DNA of 63,489 bases, counting the filler, from Folioceros fuciformis (Eukaryota), in NCBI GenBank assembly GCA_049999805.1. It is 6 parts of 5 records of this genome, joined end to end, with 100 filler letters (N's around TTAATTAATTAA, not from the genome) between each part and the next. Parts side by side here need not be neighbours in the genome. Positions count along the whole stretch, not along the records: positions 19,575 to 39,117 come from JBNGIO010004588.1; 5 more parts are not named here. The stretch is one strand, 5' to 3'. Position numbers and translations under genes: made by a program. Every line of letters begins with the position of its first letter. The first letter of the stretch is position 1. The notes beneath the pieces were generated by a model. It saw nothing but the letters and a program-made list of their open reading frames with translations. It did not search any database and was not told the DNA's origin. Shown piece by piece: positions 25,723 to 37,708 of the stretch.

Positions 25723-27693
25723 CTAAAGATGAAGGTCGAGATCCAAATCTTCCGATGTATTTGCACACTCTTTGCAAGGACCAATTTCTTCTTTGACCTC
25801 AATCCTCCTCCGCCATGCCAATCGCCTCCTCTTCCCGTCGTCGCGAGGGGAATGGGAGGGCGAGGAGTGATCATGTTCCGAATGGGAACAGGAACAGGTA
25901 GTCGCCTCTTTTTCATGCTGGGTAGCAGGGGGTCCAGCAGCATCGTGGCCGTGAGGCTGGAGGTGTGACGAGAGATTTGGATGAGGACGGGCCTCGCCGG
26001 CTGTTACTGTTGCTGCCGCTGGCCAGTCCGAGCTGTCGCGATTCCTGAAGTAGTAATTGACCAGTATCTCCCTTCTCTGACCTGAAGAGCATCCTGACGG
26101 GCTAAAGGGTGAGTTTCTCCTGCCTGCACCTGCACCTGCACCCGCACCCGCACCCGCACCCGACGTGGAGGAGGAGGATGGAGATGGACGCGGGGAGGAA
26201 AGCGGGGAGTTGGGAGAGTAAGGGTAGTTGGACGTCGACTGGGGTGCGGGTCTTGAGTTTGCATCACCGTCGTCAGACACCTTGGTGGGATGATCTACCG
26301 GTGCTTTGAACTCAGGCGGGGATCTGAAATGATCTGCCCGTGGGTATGAGTGCGACTGGGGAGGTAAGTAAGAGAGATCGGAGTTCCCCGGAGCAAGGGG
26401 AATGTGAGAGGGGAGGGACAGGCTGGTTAGGCAAGACTGCCCCGGCCCCTGGAGCTGAGACGGATGAGACTGGGGAAAAGTGTGTGACTCGGGAAAGGGA
26501 TAGAAGTTCACAGACGCTGGGAGGTGAGAGAAGGGAAGAGGATGGGGAAAGGAGTTTTTGTCTCCGTGAGGCTGGGTGCTCATCGGAGCCGCTGCATTCG
26601 TGTTTGCGTAAAACACGTTGCTAGGGATGGGAGCCTGGGAAGGAATCGGAGAGGGAACTTGATACACCCAGAAATGCGGGGTCGACGCTGCCGCTGTGCC
26701 AGAGGAGCCTGGCGGCTGGAGACTGTTGGCGCCACGGACATTTGCAACTGCCACACAAGAGATGGACCCGGCTCCCAGTCCGGAAGGTTGAATATCCGGC
26801 ATTGATAGTTGTCGGAGCTTAAGTTGGTTAGCTTGTTGGTTGGCTCGCTCTCGAGCTCGCTCTCGATCCTTTCTGTGAATATTCATGTGGCCTCCCAGTG
26901 CCTGTGCTGTACGAAATTCTCTTTCACAGAAGCTACAATTGTAGAATTTTGGAGGCCATTGATGCGTTGTGCCGCTGCTGGATTGTAAATCCTCCGCAAA
27001 TGCACGAGCTTCCCAGGCGTCTTCCAAGGCTGCCTGCGCTGCTGCAGCCGTGAGAATTCTAGAAGAATAGGCGGCAGGCGCTGCTGGAGGTGGCACAATT
27101 TCGGAAAGGGTGGGAGGCACTGCTGCTGTCTCTGAAATTCTTGTCATACAACTTATAACACTCGCTTGCGGATGGATGATGACGGACGATGAGCATTCTT
27201 CAGCCTCCCTCCTATCCTTCCCCAGTTCATTTTCGTTCCTGTTGTTTCCGCCTTTCATCCTCTTATTCCAGGCTTCATCTTCGTACATCCTACTTCCGTC
27301 TTTTAAGCCTTCTTCATCCCCTTCATCCTCCTCCCTTCTCTGCATGAACTGCTTCGAGTGCTTCAAACCTTGCTTGTCCTCCTCGTTCCTCTGCTTCAAA
27401 CCTTGCTCGTCCTCCTCGTTCCTATGCTTCAAACCTTGCTTGTCCTCCTCGTTCCTATACTTCAAACCTTGCTTGTGCTCTTCCTTCCTATGCTTCAACC
27501 CTTGCTTGTCCTCCCCGTCCCTGCTATGCTTGAACCCTTGGTTCACCTCCCCTTCATCCTCCTCCCTCTTATGCTTGAACCCTTGCTTGACCTCTTCATC
27601 CACCTCGCTCCAGCTATGCTTCACTTCTTCGTGCTCACCTTTCACATCTCGAAAGTCCATACGGGTGTCACCTTTCACACCTCGAAAATCCAT
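25723..27693 (-). CDS. Single C2H2 (QALGGH) zinc-finger repressor with C-terminal EAR motif, SUPERMAN/ZFP-like, intronless
   Basis: [27 protein letters not shown]; ends EDLDLDLHL-stop; 656-aa uninterrupted ORF. Confidence 0.9.
   Translation of the reverse strand: MDFRGVKGDTRMDFRDVKGEHEEVKHSWSEVDEEVKQGFKHKREEDEGEVNQGFKHSRDGEDKQGLKHRKEEHKQGLKYRNEEDKQGLKHRNEEDEQGLKQRNEEDKQGLKHSKQFMQRREEDEGDEEGLKDGSRMYEDEAWNKRMKGGNNRNENELGKDRREAEECSSSVIIHPQASVISCMTRISETAAVPPTLSEIVPPPAAPAAYSSRILTAAAAQAALEDAWEARAFAEDLQSSSGTTHQWPPKFYNCSFCEREFRTAQALGGHMNIHRKDRERARERANQQANQLKLRQLSMPDIQPSGLGAGSISCVAVANVRGANSLQPPGSSGTAAASTPHFWVYQVPSPIPSQAPIPSNVFYANTNAAAPMSTQPHGDKNSFPHPLPFSHLPASVNFYPFPESHTFPQSHPSQLQGPGQSCLTSLSLPSHIPLAPGNSDLSYLPPQSHSYPRADHFRSPPEFKAPVDHPTKVSDDGDANSRPAPQSTSNYPYSPNSPLSSPRPSPSSSSTSGAGAGAGAGAGAGRRNSPFSPSGCSSGQRREILVNYYFRNRDSSDWPAAATVTAGEARPHPNLSSHLQPHGHDAAGPPATQHEKEATTCSCSHSEHDHSSPSHSPRDDGKRRRLAWRRRIEVKEEIGPCKECANTSEDLDLDLHL
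27345..27620 (-). repeat. ~33-bp coding tandem repeat ([11 protein letters not shown]-like) in the zinc-finger N-terminus
   Basis: TGCTTCAAACCTTGCTTGTCCTCCTCGTTCC recurs on the + strand. Confidence 0.85.
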
Positions 27694-29322
27694 ACCTGTA
27701 TGGACGAGACCTCAAAGCGAAATGACAGTAGTTCTGTGTGTCACTGAGCACACCAACTACTCTCTACACAGAAACTGCTGCCATCTCGTTGAGCTCGCAA
27801 GCCAGCTAACTTTCCTAGCAGCGTAGACATAAGGCGCTGGCTTTGTGCCTGGTCCAGGAGAGTTGAGGCCGGCCCAAAGATCCAACTGCGCCCTGGTTTC
27901 TTCAGAGGAAGCGGCCTTGCACGTCCTGTCTGTCTGTATCCCCGTATCCCCAGCCTTGCAAAGCAGGGTGCTGCTTTACGATTAAACGACACACAGCCTC
28001 ACACCAGAAACGAGCCAGACGTGGGGAGCAAGTTTTGACACTGAAGGATCCTTTGCTCGGCTATATCTTGTCACGAGACCTACCGATTTCACTACATGTT
28101 GTTAAAATGACAGACGGCCGCATCTATCGGGCCCACCCTGCAACCTCGTTCAAGTCGTTACGTCGTGACTCAGAAGATCACACTTGCTTCCAATTCTACA
28201 GTGACATGCAAGGCCAAGCCCTCTTTCAACTGGGGCAACTGTGTTTGTGCCACTATTTAGTCTAGCTTACATACGTGCTGAGGAAGGTGATCATCAACCC
28301 CAGGTTGGATATTTGTTGTCTCTTGCTACTATGGTAGGTGTCTGCTGCTTTCTGCTTTGCCGACCGACGCTTGCAACTTGACTGCCCCTGTAATTCCCCT
28401 TGTTGAACGTCTCGTCGTTTCTTCCAGAAAGTTCTCGTTTTAGACTGGAGAATACCAAAACCATCGTCCCGTCGCTTACTATCATGAGAATGGTACGAGC
28501 TATGCTCTGTGACTGACACGCCACAAGTATGAAACGAAAACAAGGACCATGCCACTTTGGCAACACCGTCAATGCATTCGGCTGAAACACAAGAAAGTTC
28601 TATCCTTGCTGCATACTTCCCCTTCTGGCATGTCGGATTCGTTCCTGGCGAGCAACGAAAGCATTCCGCCTGCAATCCCGTCTGGTATCCCAGTCGCCTA
28701 CGTTTTTTCCGCCCGGTGCCCAGCTGACAAGAATCTGGCCACGAGTGCACAGTACCGGCTTGGCCCTGACGAAACGACACTCTCCGTCTACAACTCCAAC
28801 GTCTTCACTCAACGCTTTCAACACAGATACATTCAGTGAACAGACACCTTCTGCCGGCTGTGGGAATCTAAGAGCTTGGCCTTGCTGGGTGTCTGCTTCC
28901 GGAGATCTGAGTCCCTCGCTCCCTGGCCCCATTGACTCACCAGCCCACAAGCTCGCAAATAGTGCTATGACAACTGACATATTCACCCCACGTGCCGCTC
29001 TTCATCTTCGATGAAAAAGAGGAGGAGGAGAATTTCATTAAAGTTAACTGAGACGGATTTCCGCCGTGGGGCACCACAGCAAGACGACTCAACGCCACTA
29101 ATTCATCCCCTTCATCCCCACCAGACAAAGCCGACACGACACAGGGCAAGACAAAGATAGCTCTGGAAGCAACTAACCTCTCCTTCGTAAGTCTTCTATT
29201 GCGATGGTGCAACATGATCGTTCAGTTGTTTATGAAGGCTCGAAGAATCCTAAGCCCAGGTAGGTATTCTCAACTATTCAATCACTGGCAGCACAAACAA
29301 GTTTTCCTACATTACGTTCCCA

Positions 29323-29530
29323 CGAGGACAAGTTCCGATCCTCTGTTAACAGGAGAACAACTTCCGATTGCTGGTTGACGGACGACTACCGTTCCTGAAT
29401 TGGCAGGAGGACGCCTTCCGTTCCTGGGTACTGGGGGGACTTCTCCCGTTCCTCCGTTGTCAGCATCACCACCTCCGACTTCCGATCCTGTGTTGTCAGG
29501 AGGACCACTTCCGGTCCTGTGTTGTCACGA
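29323..29530. repeat. Degenerate ~29-bp tandem repeat, about 7 units (AGGAGGACCACTTCCGxTCCTGTGTTGTC consensus)
   Basis: The GGAC..CTTCCG.TCCT core recurs at ~25-36-bp spacing. Confidence 0.7.
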
Positions 29531-29771
29531 CTACGAGAACGAGCATGTGATCACCAATGAGCTGCAGGCAAGACTACGAGGAATATGCCCGTGTGAACGT
29601 GTGGATTTTTGGTGCACTACACACTGGCCTTCGACACCTAAGTGCAGCCTAGTGCTTCAAGCATCTCCCTCTCCTAGTGGGACGTTCGTTCTCTAGGGGC
29701 ACACGACAAAGCAGTCAATAGTGAAGATTGGATATTTGGAACGTGCCTCCAAACACTGGGATTGTGGGTGG

Positions 29772-30465
29772 CTACGCATGAGCTTCTATGTACTGATCTA
29801 CGTCAGCCCTGACAGCGCTTAGGGGCCCTTCCGATGTGATACGCAGTTTGTCATCGTTGATGGTCACAAGCACTTTGGCCTGGAAAGCATTGGCATAGGC
29901 ATTCGGGTTGCAAACCAGCTCAAAGTAGACTCCATCCTCGTTGGTGTCTCGGAATTCGAGACTCTGCCATCGTTGCGGCCTGGTTGCCTTCTCCTTCTCC
30001 TTGAAGGTGACCAGCAAGTTTGTGATGGAGGCGCTCAGACCCTTAGCTGTCTCCACCGAGAAGGGCAAAGTGAGCGAGGTCTCGCCAAAATGGAAGGTGA
30101 TGGGCACCTTGACTGCATGAAGACAGAAACATGCATCCTTGACTTCAGTAAGTTAGCAACACACTCCAGAGCAATCGCCGAGATTATCCTCTCCACCGCA
30201 CATCCTTCGAAATTGCTATTAAACCTGATTGGCTGGCTCGACCCCCCTCTCCATTGACGGCAACACGGGCCACCCCGCTTGCTCGCTGCTGTCGACCACG
30301 GGTACACCTGCAGGCGGAGCTCGGAGCAGGTGGTGCTGAGAAAAATACCCGGTCAGGCACCGGGTTGTTGCTCCAGCGCGTTGCCAATCGCAGTCGATTT
30401 CCAGGCAACGCTCCTCCTTTGAAAGGAATCACATCCACGAACGCCGCCACTTGAGCAAGCGCCAT
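29772..30465 (-). CDS. Small putative plastid-targeted protein resembling a conserved cyanobacterial hypothetical protein (2 exons: 30225-30465, 29772-30112)
   Basis: Exon 1 is transit-peptide-like (Ala/Arg/Ser-rich). GT-AG intron 30113-30224 keeps the frame. The mature part contains FELVCNPNAYANAFQAKVLVTINDDKLRITSEGPL...DVDQY. Confidence 0.8.
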
Positions 30466-30758
30466 GATGAAAAATGTAAGAGCTCTCCTCTCAGGCTCGG
30501 GGTGTTGATCTTCGAAGACTGCCTAAACCCTAGACTGGCAAATGAACTTCCATCTTAGAATCCGAGACGTACCGACGAAGCTAGGAGGAACACAACTACT
30601 CCACGAAGATGGGCAGTTCAGCCATGTCCCTGTCCCTGGATCGTAGTGCAGGATTGCTCACATGCTTGTACTTTTATTTATCGAGGGATAAAATCGATAC
30701 ACATTTGTGACAAAGATTTCCCCTTCAAGACCACGGACACCGTAGACAAGGGCAAAAA

Positions 30759-32649
30759 TCAAAAGGCGATCTCCTTATCACTGCTTCCCGATGCATCAGA
30801 CTCGCCTAGAATCAGGTCGTCATCGGAATCAACGGCATTGACATAGTCGTAGTAGGCTCCCACCTGCAAGAGTTGGCAAGCCCGAGCTCGGGCTGAGGAC
30901 AGTCAAGGGTATATACCATCAAACAGTCGTTCCAAATGCACTTCCAGTGTCATGAGATCGATCATTTCTACCTTCGGCCGGGGGTGAACAGCTTCAAAGA
31001 CATGAAAGTTTGGAATGGAATAGTCTGGTGGCTCCAACACAATGTACGCCCCCTTATTGTTGTAGCGGTGTTTGGTTGCCTACACCAGAACCACTCAAGA
31101 ACCAGTTACAACACCTTGCAACGAGACTGGACACCTTTCAGTTTGATGTGAAGTTACCTGAAACTGCGGATAATCAGGTGCACTGAAGAGAGTGACAAGC
31201 TTTCCCGCCTTCACAACATGATCAATAGTATAACCTTTATCCATCGCTGCCATATCAGAACGCTTGTCCCGTGCATCTGGGCCTTCATGTGACCTGACTA
31301 TCAGCTGCAAACAAGCACACAAAAACGTAAGGGACGTGAAGGTTCAGTCCGTGACTAATGCAACCTCTTGAGAAAGACAGGAAGGACTAGGAAGCGCAAA
31401 CACCGACCCACCTTCAGGTTATTTTTCTCCAGGAACTCCTGTGTGCAGTCTGGGCCAAAAAGAAGGCCTATACCACGAGCAGAATTGTGCGTGAGACCGT
31501 CCACGTTGGAAGGATCCGACCACAACACGTCTCCTGGAATGGGGTTCGATCCAGAATGCGAGGGATCCATAACCCCTCGCCTAGCATTAGCCAAGTCATG
31601 CAGGTTCCCCAATTTTAGAACCTTGTCTGATGTGTCCCTGCGACTGGTTCTCCTACCTGGTTTTGCACCTTTTTTCTTTTTCACAGCAGCAGGCTCACTG
31701 CATCGGAACAAACCCCCATGAGCCATGAACACATCCCCTGCCACCAAGGCAGCTAAGGGATGACCATGAAAGCAGCCCAACAACTTGTGATACAAATGCT
31801 TTGCATTAGACCCGTATTTTGCGATTACCTCCTGCTCAAATCCATATGCACTTGTACAGTACTTGGTCTCATGGTTACCCCTCAGCAGGAAGACTGCGTG
31901 GGGAAGCAGTATCTGTTACAGCAAAGGCACAAATCTTCCAGTTCAGCGCACAACATCTCAGCATCCAGCTTGGAACAAATGGCAAGCGGTGAGCACCAGC
32001 TACATCAGGCTCAGCAACTTCACACCCAGTTGAATGCAACATTTCCCATACACGGCACAGCAGTTTGGGGCGAGCCCTGAACAAAATTGGCAGCAGCAAC
32101 AAAAACTCTTCACAGATCATGACATGCTACGATGTTGGTCATCCCATCATCATGGTCAGGAAATCACGTCCATTCGCCAGAGCTGGATTGCACCCATGGG
32201 GATACCTTCCAGGCAAGGAGCACAAGATAGGTTTCCAAGCCCCAGGCCCCTCGATCGACATAATCTCCATTGAATATAAACACACGATCATCTGCAGGGA
32301 AACCGGCAACCTCCAGCAGGTGTAATACATCGTGGAGCTGGCCATGAACATCCCCGACCAGCACCACGCTAGGTGCTAGGCCCTCCAGCCTCAACTCCAG
32401 GCAGTTGGGCTCGTGGTGCATGATCTTGGACGCTGTGGCAATCAAGGCATCTGCTACAGGCAGCGGCAAAACATCCGGCAGCTGGGACGGCTGCAGGTTG
32501 CGGGACGCATGCTCCAGAGTTGCAGCGAGGTGGTCTACCCATTCCCTGGTGATAGCTCCTCCCTGAGGCCACTCTAGGGCGGCAGACGGCGATGCGGCAG
32601 AAACCTCTCCTCCTCCCTCCACGGGTGGATCATCGTCGTCGTCCGCCAT
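30759..32649 (-). CDS. PP7: Serine/threonine protein phosphatase 7 (PPP family)
   Basis: GDVHGQ, FNGDYVDRGAWGLE, LRGNHE, HGGLFR, DVLWSDP, RSHEGPDAR and the PP7-type FSAPDYPQFQ; last exon ends KEIAF-TGA. Confidence 0.93.
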
Positions 32650-33390
32650 GGCTGTGACTCCAAGATGCCCACAAACCCCAACAGCATTCCGTGGCAAGCT
32701 TCAATTCTTGAGGACCTTTCGAGGTGGAGAAACGCTGGACGCCCAACTCTCTAGTCCCAGATTCCGCACAAGGACCAAGAACAGCACTGCCTGTGATTCA
32801 GAGTTCGAGGGCCACACTGTAATCATGCACACTGCATTCCGCCAAGAGACTGCCCTCTAATCGGGTGTCCCACGAGGGCCACTCACAACGGTAGTCTTTT
32901 CAACTCAGGTATTCAAAACTCATCCGCCACTGCGTCGTCTTCTTGCCTGCCTTCTGACGTTCTGACTAGTCAAGGGGTGCATCATCGGCCACGTGCCAAG
33001 TGGAGGTGGGCGGGCGTGAACCGTCTCCCTTGCTCGTTTTATCCTGCACAATACAGAAGCACGCAGCTGGCAGTACTGTCGATGGCCCGGGCACGCGGAA
33101 GATTTTGGGTTTAGGGAGTTTCCATTTCAGCGAGATTTGGAAAACTTCGCGTTCAGTTCCTCCCATCGTCAAGCATTTGTCCGCCTTGGATGACAGCGGA
33201 TTAGAGCTGGTTGGTGAATGAATGCTCTGCTTCCGGGTTTAACGAGACTGTGAACTGATGTCGATGCATGACCTCCTTTCTTGTGAGGACATGAGCATAG
33301 TCGATACTGGCACAGAACGCTCACATTGCCAAGACCAGCTCGAACTTGCTATACAGTCCGGCACAGAAGCGTCTGCTTCCAAGCTTCTAA

Positions 33391-33543
33391 ACTGGACTTG
33401 CCCGAGCTAGTGGGCTGGACTTGTCTAAGCTATTAGACTGGACTTGCCCAAGCTGGTAGTCTAGACTTGCCCAAGTTGGTAGACTGGACTTTCCCAAGCT
33501 CTTTGGACTGGACGTGTCGAAACTGGTAGACCGGACTTGCCCA
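33391..33543. repeat. ~22-bp degenerate tandem repeat (ACTGGACTTGCCCAAGCTGGTAG-like), about 7 units
   Basis: Directly visible recurrence of CTGGACTTGCCCAAG. Confidence 0.85.
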
Positions 33544-34155
33544 TGTGCTCATGAGTGCGAAGGCCATTCCAACATCTGTGTTCCGCAGGAGGCAAGACCT
33601 CAGCAAACGCTGCTGAAGTCGGTTCAATTGTGCTCCCGAGATAGGCAACTTCAGGCTCGGTGAAGACATTGCATTGCGTGCAAAGAGCGACCACAGCAGT
33701 ACCGATTCCGTATCCAGTCGCCCACAACCGACGTTCGCTCACACCCATGGTCCTTAAGCTTGTTGTCATGCAATCAGGACAAGTGTGCACGTCCCTGCGG
33801 ATGTTTTGATGCTCTATCCACCACCCATGCTTCGTACCAGGTGGGCAGGTGGGGGTAGCGTCTTCTTCCCACAAATCCTGCCAAGAGGGGGGAGACAGCC
33901 TTTGGCTAGAGGACGATTTCTGACAGATGGAATCCATGTAACTTGGAACTCTCGTTTCTTGTCTTGACACATGGTTTCCGCATCCGCAATCAGCCCTCAC
34001 ATCTCCCAAAATCAGGAGATGTCAGGAGCTATAAACTAGGGGAAGGATCTTTTTGTGCATGCATTACCCACCTAGCATAACTTACAGCCCTGACACGTAC
34101 CTGGCTCCAGATGCTCCATAATTTTGTATGAGGAAGAAACATCTGGAGCTGGAAA

Positions 34156-35391
34156 ATGCCTACACCTGACTATCTTAGTTCATATAATGGCGATGGAACT
34201 TCACATCAGCATATTAGCACACTGGATGCTTCGTCCACTACCCGTTCAGGATACGAAACCCCCACACCTTACGATCCAGGAAATTCTATAGTAGTAGCTC
34301 CCAAAGTCGAAAGAAAGCCCTCCAATTTTTGTCACGGTGGAAAACCTCCTCATTATGGATTTGTGAGCACTCAGATTGTTGGTGTCTTACAAGGCCTTAT
34401 TGAAAGACTTGAGCTGTTAGAAGTTTTACCTCTTGGTGATACCTCTCAAGAGCCATGCATATTTTTTGAGCCGGAGAATGAGATAGAACAAGATGCAAGG
34501 CTCTATTTGACGAATTTGTTGCATGATGCCAATCACATGCATACCTTGATTCAGCGTAAATCCAAAATTTCAAAGTTCTCTGTAGAAACTAATTGGCTAA
34601 AGAATGTATTTGAAAAGACACTAAGTGAGATATTAGAAAGTGGGACATTTGAGACCTTGCTAGATACATGTGAAGCACAAGAGGATAAGGAGAAGTTGAC
34701 GCCATGCCAAATTCAACATGAGAAACACCTCCTTGCTGAGATGGTTATGCTCAATGATCAAAGGGTAATAGAAGATGAGATGGAAGCTAAAGCTGAAAAG
34801 GAAAGGAAGGTTGCATTTGCAAATCTTGAAAGAGAGTTGAAGAGAGTCAAAAAAGCTGGAAAAATGGCTCTGAATTACAAAATAGAACGAGTAGTTGCTG
34901 AATCCGACTATGCTAGAAGAGTTAGGTGTAAGATTGTAGAGGACTTGATGAGAAAGGTGGACCAACTAGAGGAGGATCTTGAGGATGAGAAGAAAGTTAG
35001 TGAATTTGTAAAGGAATATTTAAAAAGGCAAAATATGGATTTAAGGGAGGAAGCTATTGAGCTTGCACAAGATCATGATATGGATTTGCAGCAATTAGAT
35101 GTAATGCTAAAAAGAATGAAGGACAAGAAATGGGATCGAGAACAACTTCTAGCAAAACTAGAACCCAAATACCTAACCCACTCCAGCGAATCCCAAGCCA
35201 AGGCTGTTGCAAGAGAGGAACAATTACTACTACAAATCGCTAATAGAGGTGTGGAAGAACAACGAAGCAAAGCGTCTTTGAAAATACAGAAGATATGGCG
35301 AGGTCGTCAGGCTAGGGTGTTTGTCAAAAAGGAGAAAAAGAAGTTAAAGAAGAAACTAGAAAAGGAAGGGAAAAACAAAAAGAAGAAATAG
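34156..35391 (+). CDS. DRC9: Dynein regulatory complex subunit 9 (IQCG-like) coiled-coil IQ protein, intronless
   Basis: 411-aa coiled coil with TLSEILESGTFETLL, a C-terminal IQ motif (KIQKIWRGRQAR) and a Lys-rich tail. Architecture and motifs are recalled as matching IQCG/DRC9; DRC10 is the alternative. Confidence 0.75.
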   Translation: MPTPDYLSSYNGDGTSHQHISTLDASSTTRSGYETPTPYDPGNSIVVAPKVERKPSNFCHGGKPPHYGFVSTQIVGVLQGLIERLELLEVLPLGDTSQEPCIFFEPENEIEQDARLYLTNLLHDANHMHTLIQRKSKISKFSVETNWLKNVFEKTLSEILESGTFETLLDTCEAQEDKEKLTPCQIQHEKHLLAEMVMLNDQRVIEDEMEAKAEKERKVAFANLERELKRVKKAGKMALNYKIERVVAESDYARRVRCKIVEDLMRKVDQLEEDLEDEKKVSEFVKEYLKRQNMDLREEAIELAQDHDMDLQQLDVMLKRMKDKKWDREQLLAKLEPKYLTHSSESQAKAVAREEQLLLQIANRGVEEQRSKASLKIQKIWRGRQARVFVKKEKKKLKKKLEKEGKNKKKK

Positions 35392-37708
35392 GGCTAGCCT
35401 GGGCAAGCGTTCTAGAGCTAGCTAGGGCTAGGAATCCGGCTAGGGCTAGGAATCCGGCTAGGTCTAGGGTTAGGGCAAGCGAGCACTATAAAGTAGTGAC
35501 TTCGTTCACAAACTTAGGTGGTGCTGTGATGCATATGCTATTCTGCGTCTAGAAGTTGTGCCAGTGTCAGTTGCCGCCGGCTTTCTGCTAAATGAGCGCC
35601 GCGGAAAGTCTGCTGCGGAGTTTGCTCTGCATTGTTCTCAGACTCAGATAGCGTGATGAGTTTTCCGTCCGGCCGGTCATGTTTGTGTCCTATTGCTTTC
35701 TATTCTGGTTCGATGTCAGTTTGCGAGCTGGGCTACGGTTGTCGACTCCTACCGACTAGGCCAGTGATGAGATACAGTTGTCATGCACCACACTGATCCC
35801 GTGCTGATACTGACCATAAAATATTTCTGAGGCTTGCAAGTAGGAAGTAGTCTTTGTGGGGTTTCAGGTCGTTCTTGCTGCCTTCTGGCTCAGGTTAACT
35901 TGTACTGGGCTCAGCTCTGATGATTATGTGATTATTAGCTCTATCTGATTATCTGTGAAGATATAAATGGATCGACTAAATGAAGAGACTGACCTTAAGC
36001 CTCGTCCTACACTTTCCTCGCCTTGTGTGTTTCTACACTTTCCTCGCCTAGTGTTCCCACCCTTGAGAGGCGTAGTAAGTAGGAAGTAGTAAGTAGGAAG
36101 CAGGGCCTGCTGATGCTGGACTTGTTTCCCATGTCATGTGCATTGGTGGATACGCTGGACTTTCTGATGATTAAGGTTATTAGCTCTACCTGATCATTCG
36201 TGAAGATATTTTCTTCGTGTATGAAGAGAGTGACCAGGTGCCCATCTCGTATTCCTTTCCCTCCATGTCGCAGGGTTTGTATTTTCTCGCTTTTCTATTT
36301 TGGCGTGACGTGCTTGTCCTGGGCCCCTCTCTAATGATGAAGGTTATTAGTTTGTCCGATCTTCGTTGACGATAAACAACGTGAACGTGAAGAGAGTGCC
36401 CAGCAACAAGTTGTGGTTTTTTCAGGTCTCTGATTGTCGAATTGGTTTTGGAATGTGGTAGCCCTGTTATGTTTTGATGTTTTGCACCACTCCAATGCCT
36501 AGGAAGCTGCGTGAAAAGCTGTCGTTGGTGTGGCTTAACTACTTCTAGTGTTGGGGTTCTCCTGCCATCAGCCAGGCATGTACTGAGCTGCTTACAAGTG
36601 AAACAAATCAAATTCTTAGTACTTCTAATCCACCTCCGGACCGACTTTGCTCCCCTACCACCGTGGAGCTTACATTGAGCCCAAAATTAATTCGTTAGAG
36701 ATGGAATGTCTGTGTAGAAATGTCCCATTCTGTGTACTGATCACGACAGGTTATAGATTGTACGCTGCACGTTCTAATGCGAGAAGCGGACATTGAAAAC
36801 AATGCCATGTGCAGGAAGCGAAGATCATGTGAGTTGCAGAAAAAGATGATATGAGAATGAGAAACTGAAGAGAATGTGAAAAGTAGAAAGAAAGTACAGC
36901 GCTTGTTCCCCTCACCTGGATAAATCCGCCTCGATCGTTAAAGTCAAGAATGTTGCTACGATTTCCTACCGAAATACTTCTACGATTTGGATATAATCTC
37001 CTTAAGAAACAAATTGAGTCATAACGGTGTCCATGGCAACTCTAACCTAACTGTAACTGGTTGTCCACGTCACCTGAACCGACATCGCGTAACGCATGCT
37101 ACCGACACGCTTCTGAAACGGAACGACATGTTGGCTAGAAGGCTTCGCACGTGGAGGAGCGTGACGAAGGTGAGGTCTCCATCGCTGAACGCTTCAGCGA
37201 TGCGTAACGGAACGGCTTGATGACCAACGAACCACACCAGCTAACATCACACTGGCCATGTCGGAAGCAGGCAATCCTTTTGTTCCATTCGGAGCTACAG
37301 ACACTCATTCCATTCTTGCCAAACCTCTGGCACTTTTGGCGCGCATTTCTGTGCGGCGCTGCCATCCTGATCTGCGGTTTCGTGGTGTCGCGTCTTCGCT
37401 TGCAAGGCAAGCTCCTTGTATTCCTTCTGCTTCGGGGTTGAATAGATCAAATGAAGACGTAAGCTTCCTGATTGCGAAAATTTGCCTTGCGTGTTCTTTC
37501 ATTTTCACAAGGGTGGTAGCTGCAGAGCTCTGTATTTTAGATGAGGAGATCGCACGTGTGGAAACGCCACGCCTGTGAAGCTTTTGGTCCTGCTTTCCTC
37601 CTGCAATTTTGTCAGCTCGTGTTGACGAGTTGTACCATAATGTGCTGCTCATGTGACTCTGCTTGTTGTTAGGTAGACCGTCGTTTGAAACTGGACGTCA
37701 GTAGAACA

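Noticed and set aside
33397-35407. 14-bp imperfect inverted motif flanking DRC9 (CTTGCCCGAGCTAG / CTAGCCTGGGCAAG) as transposon ends
   Set aside because: Short, mismatched and without a TSD; probably chance.
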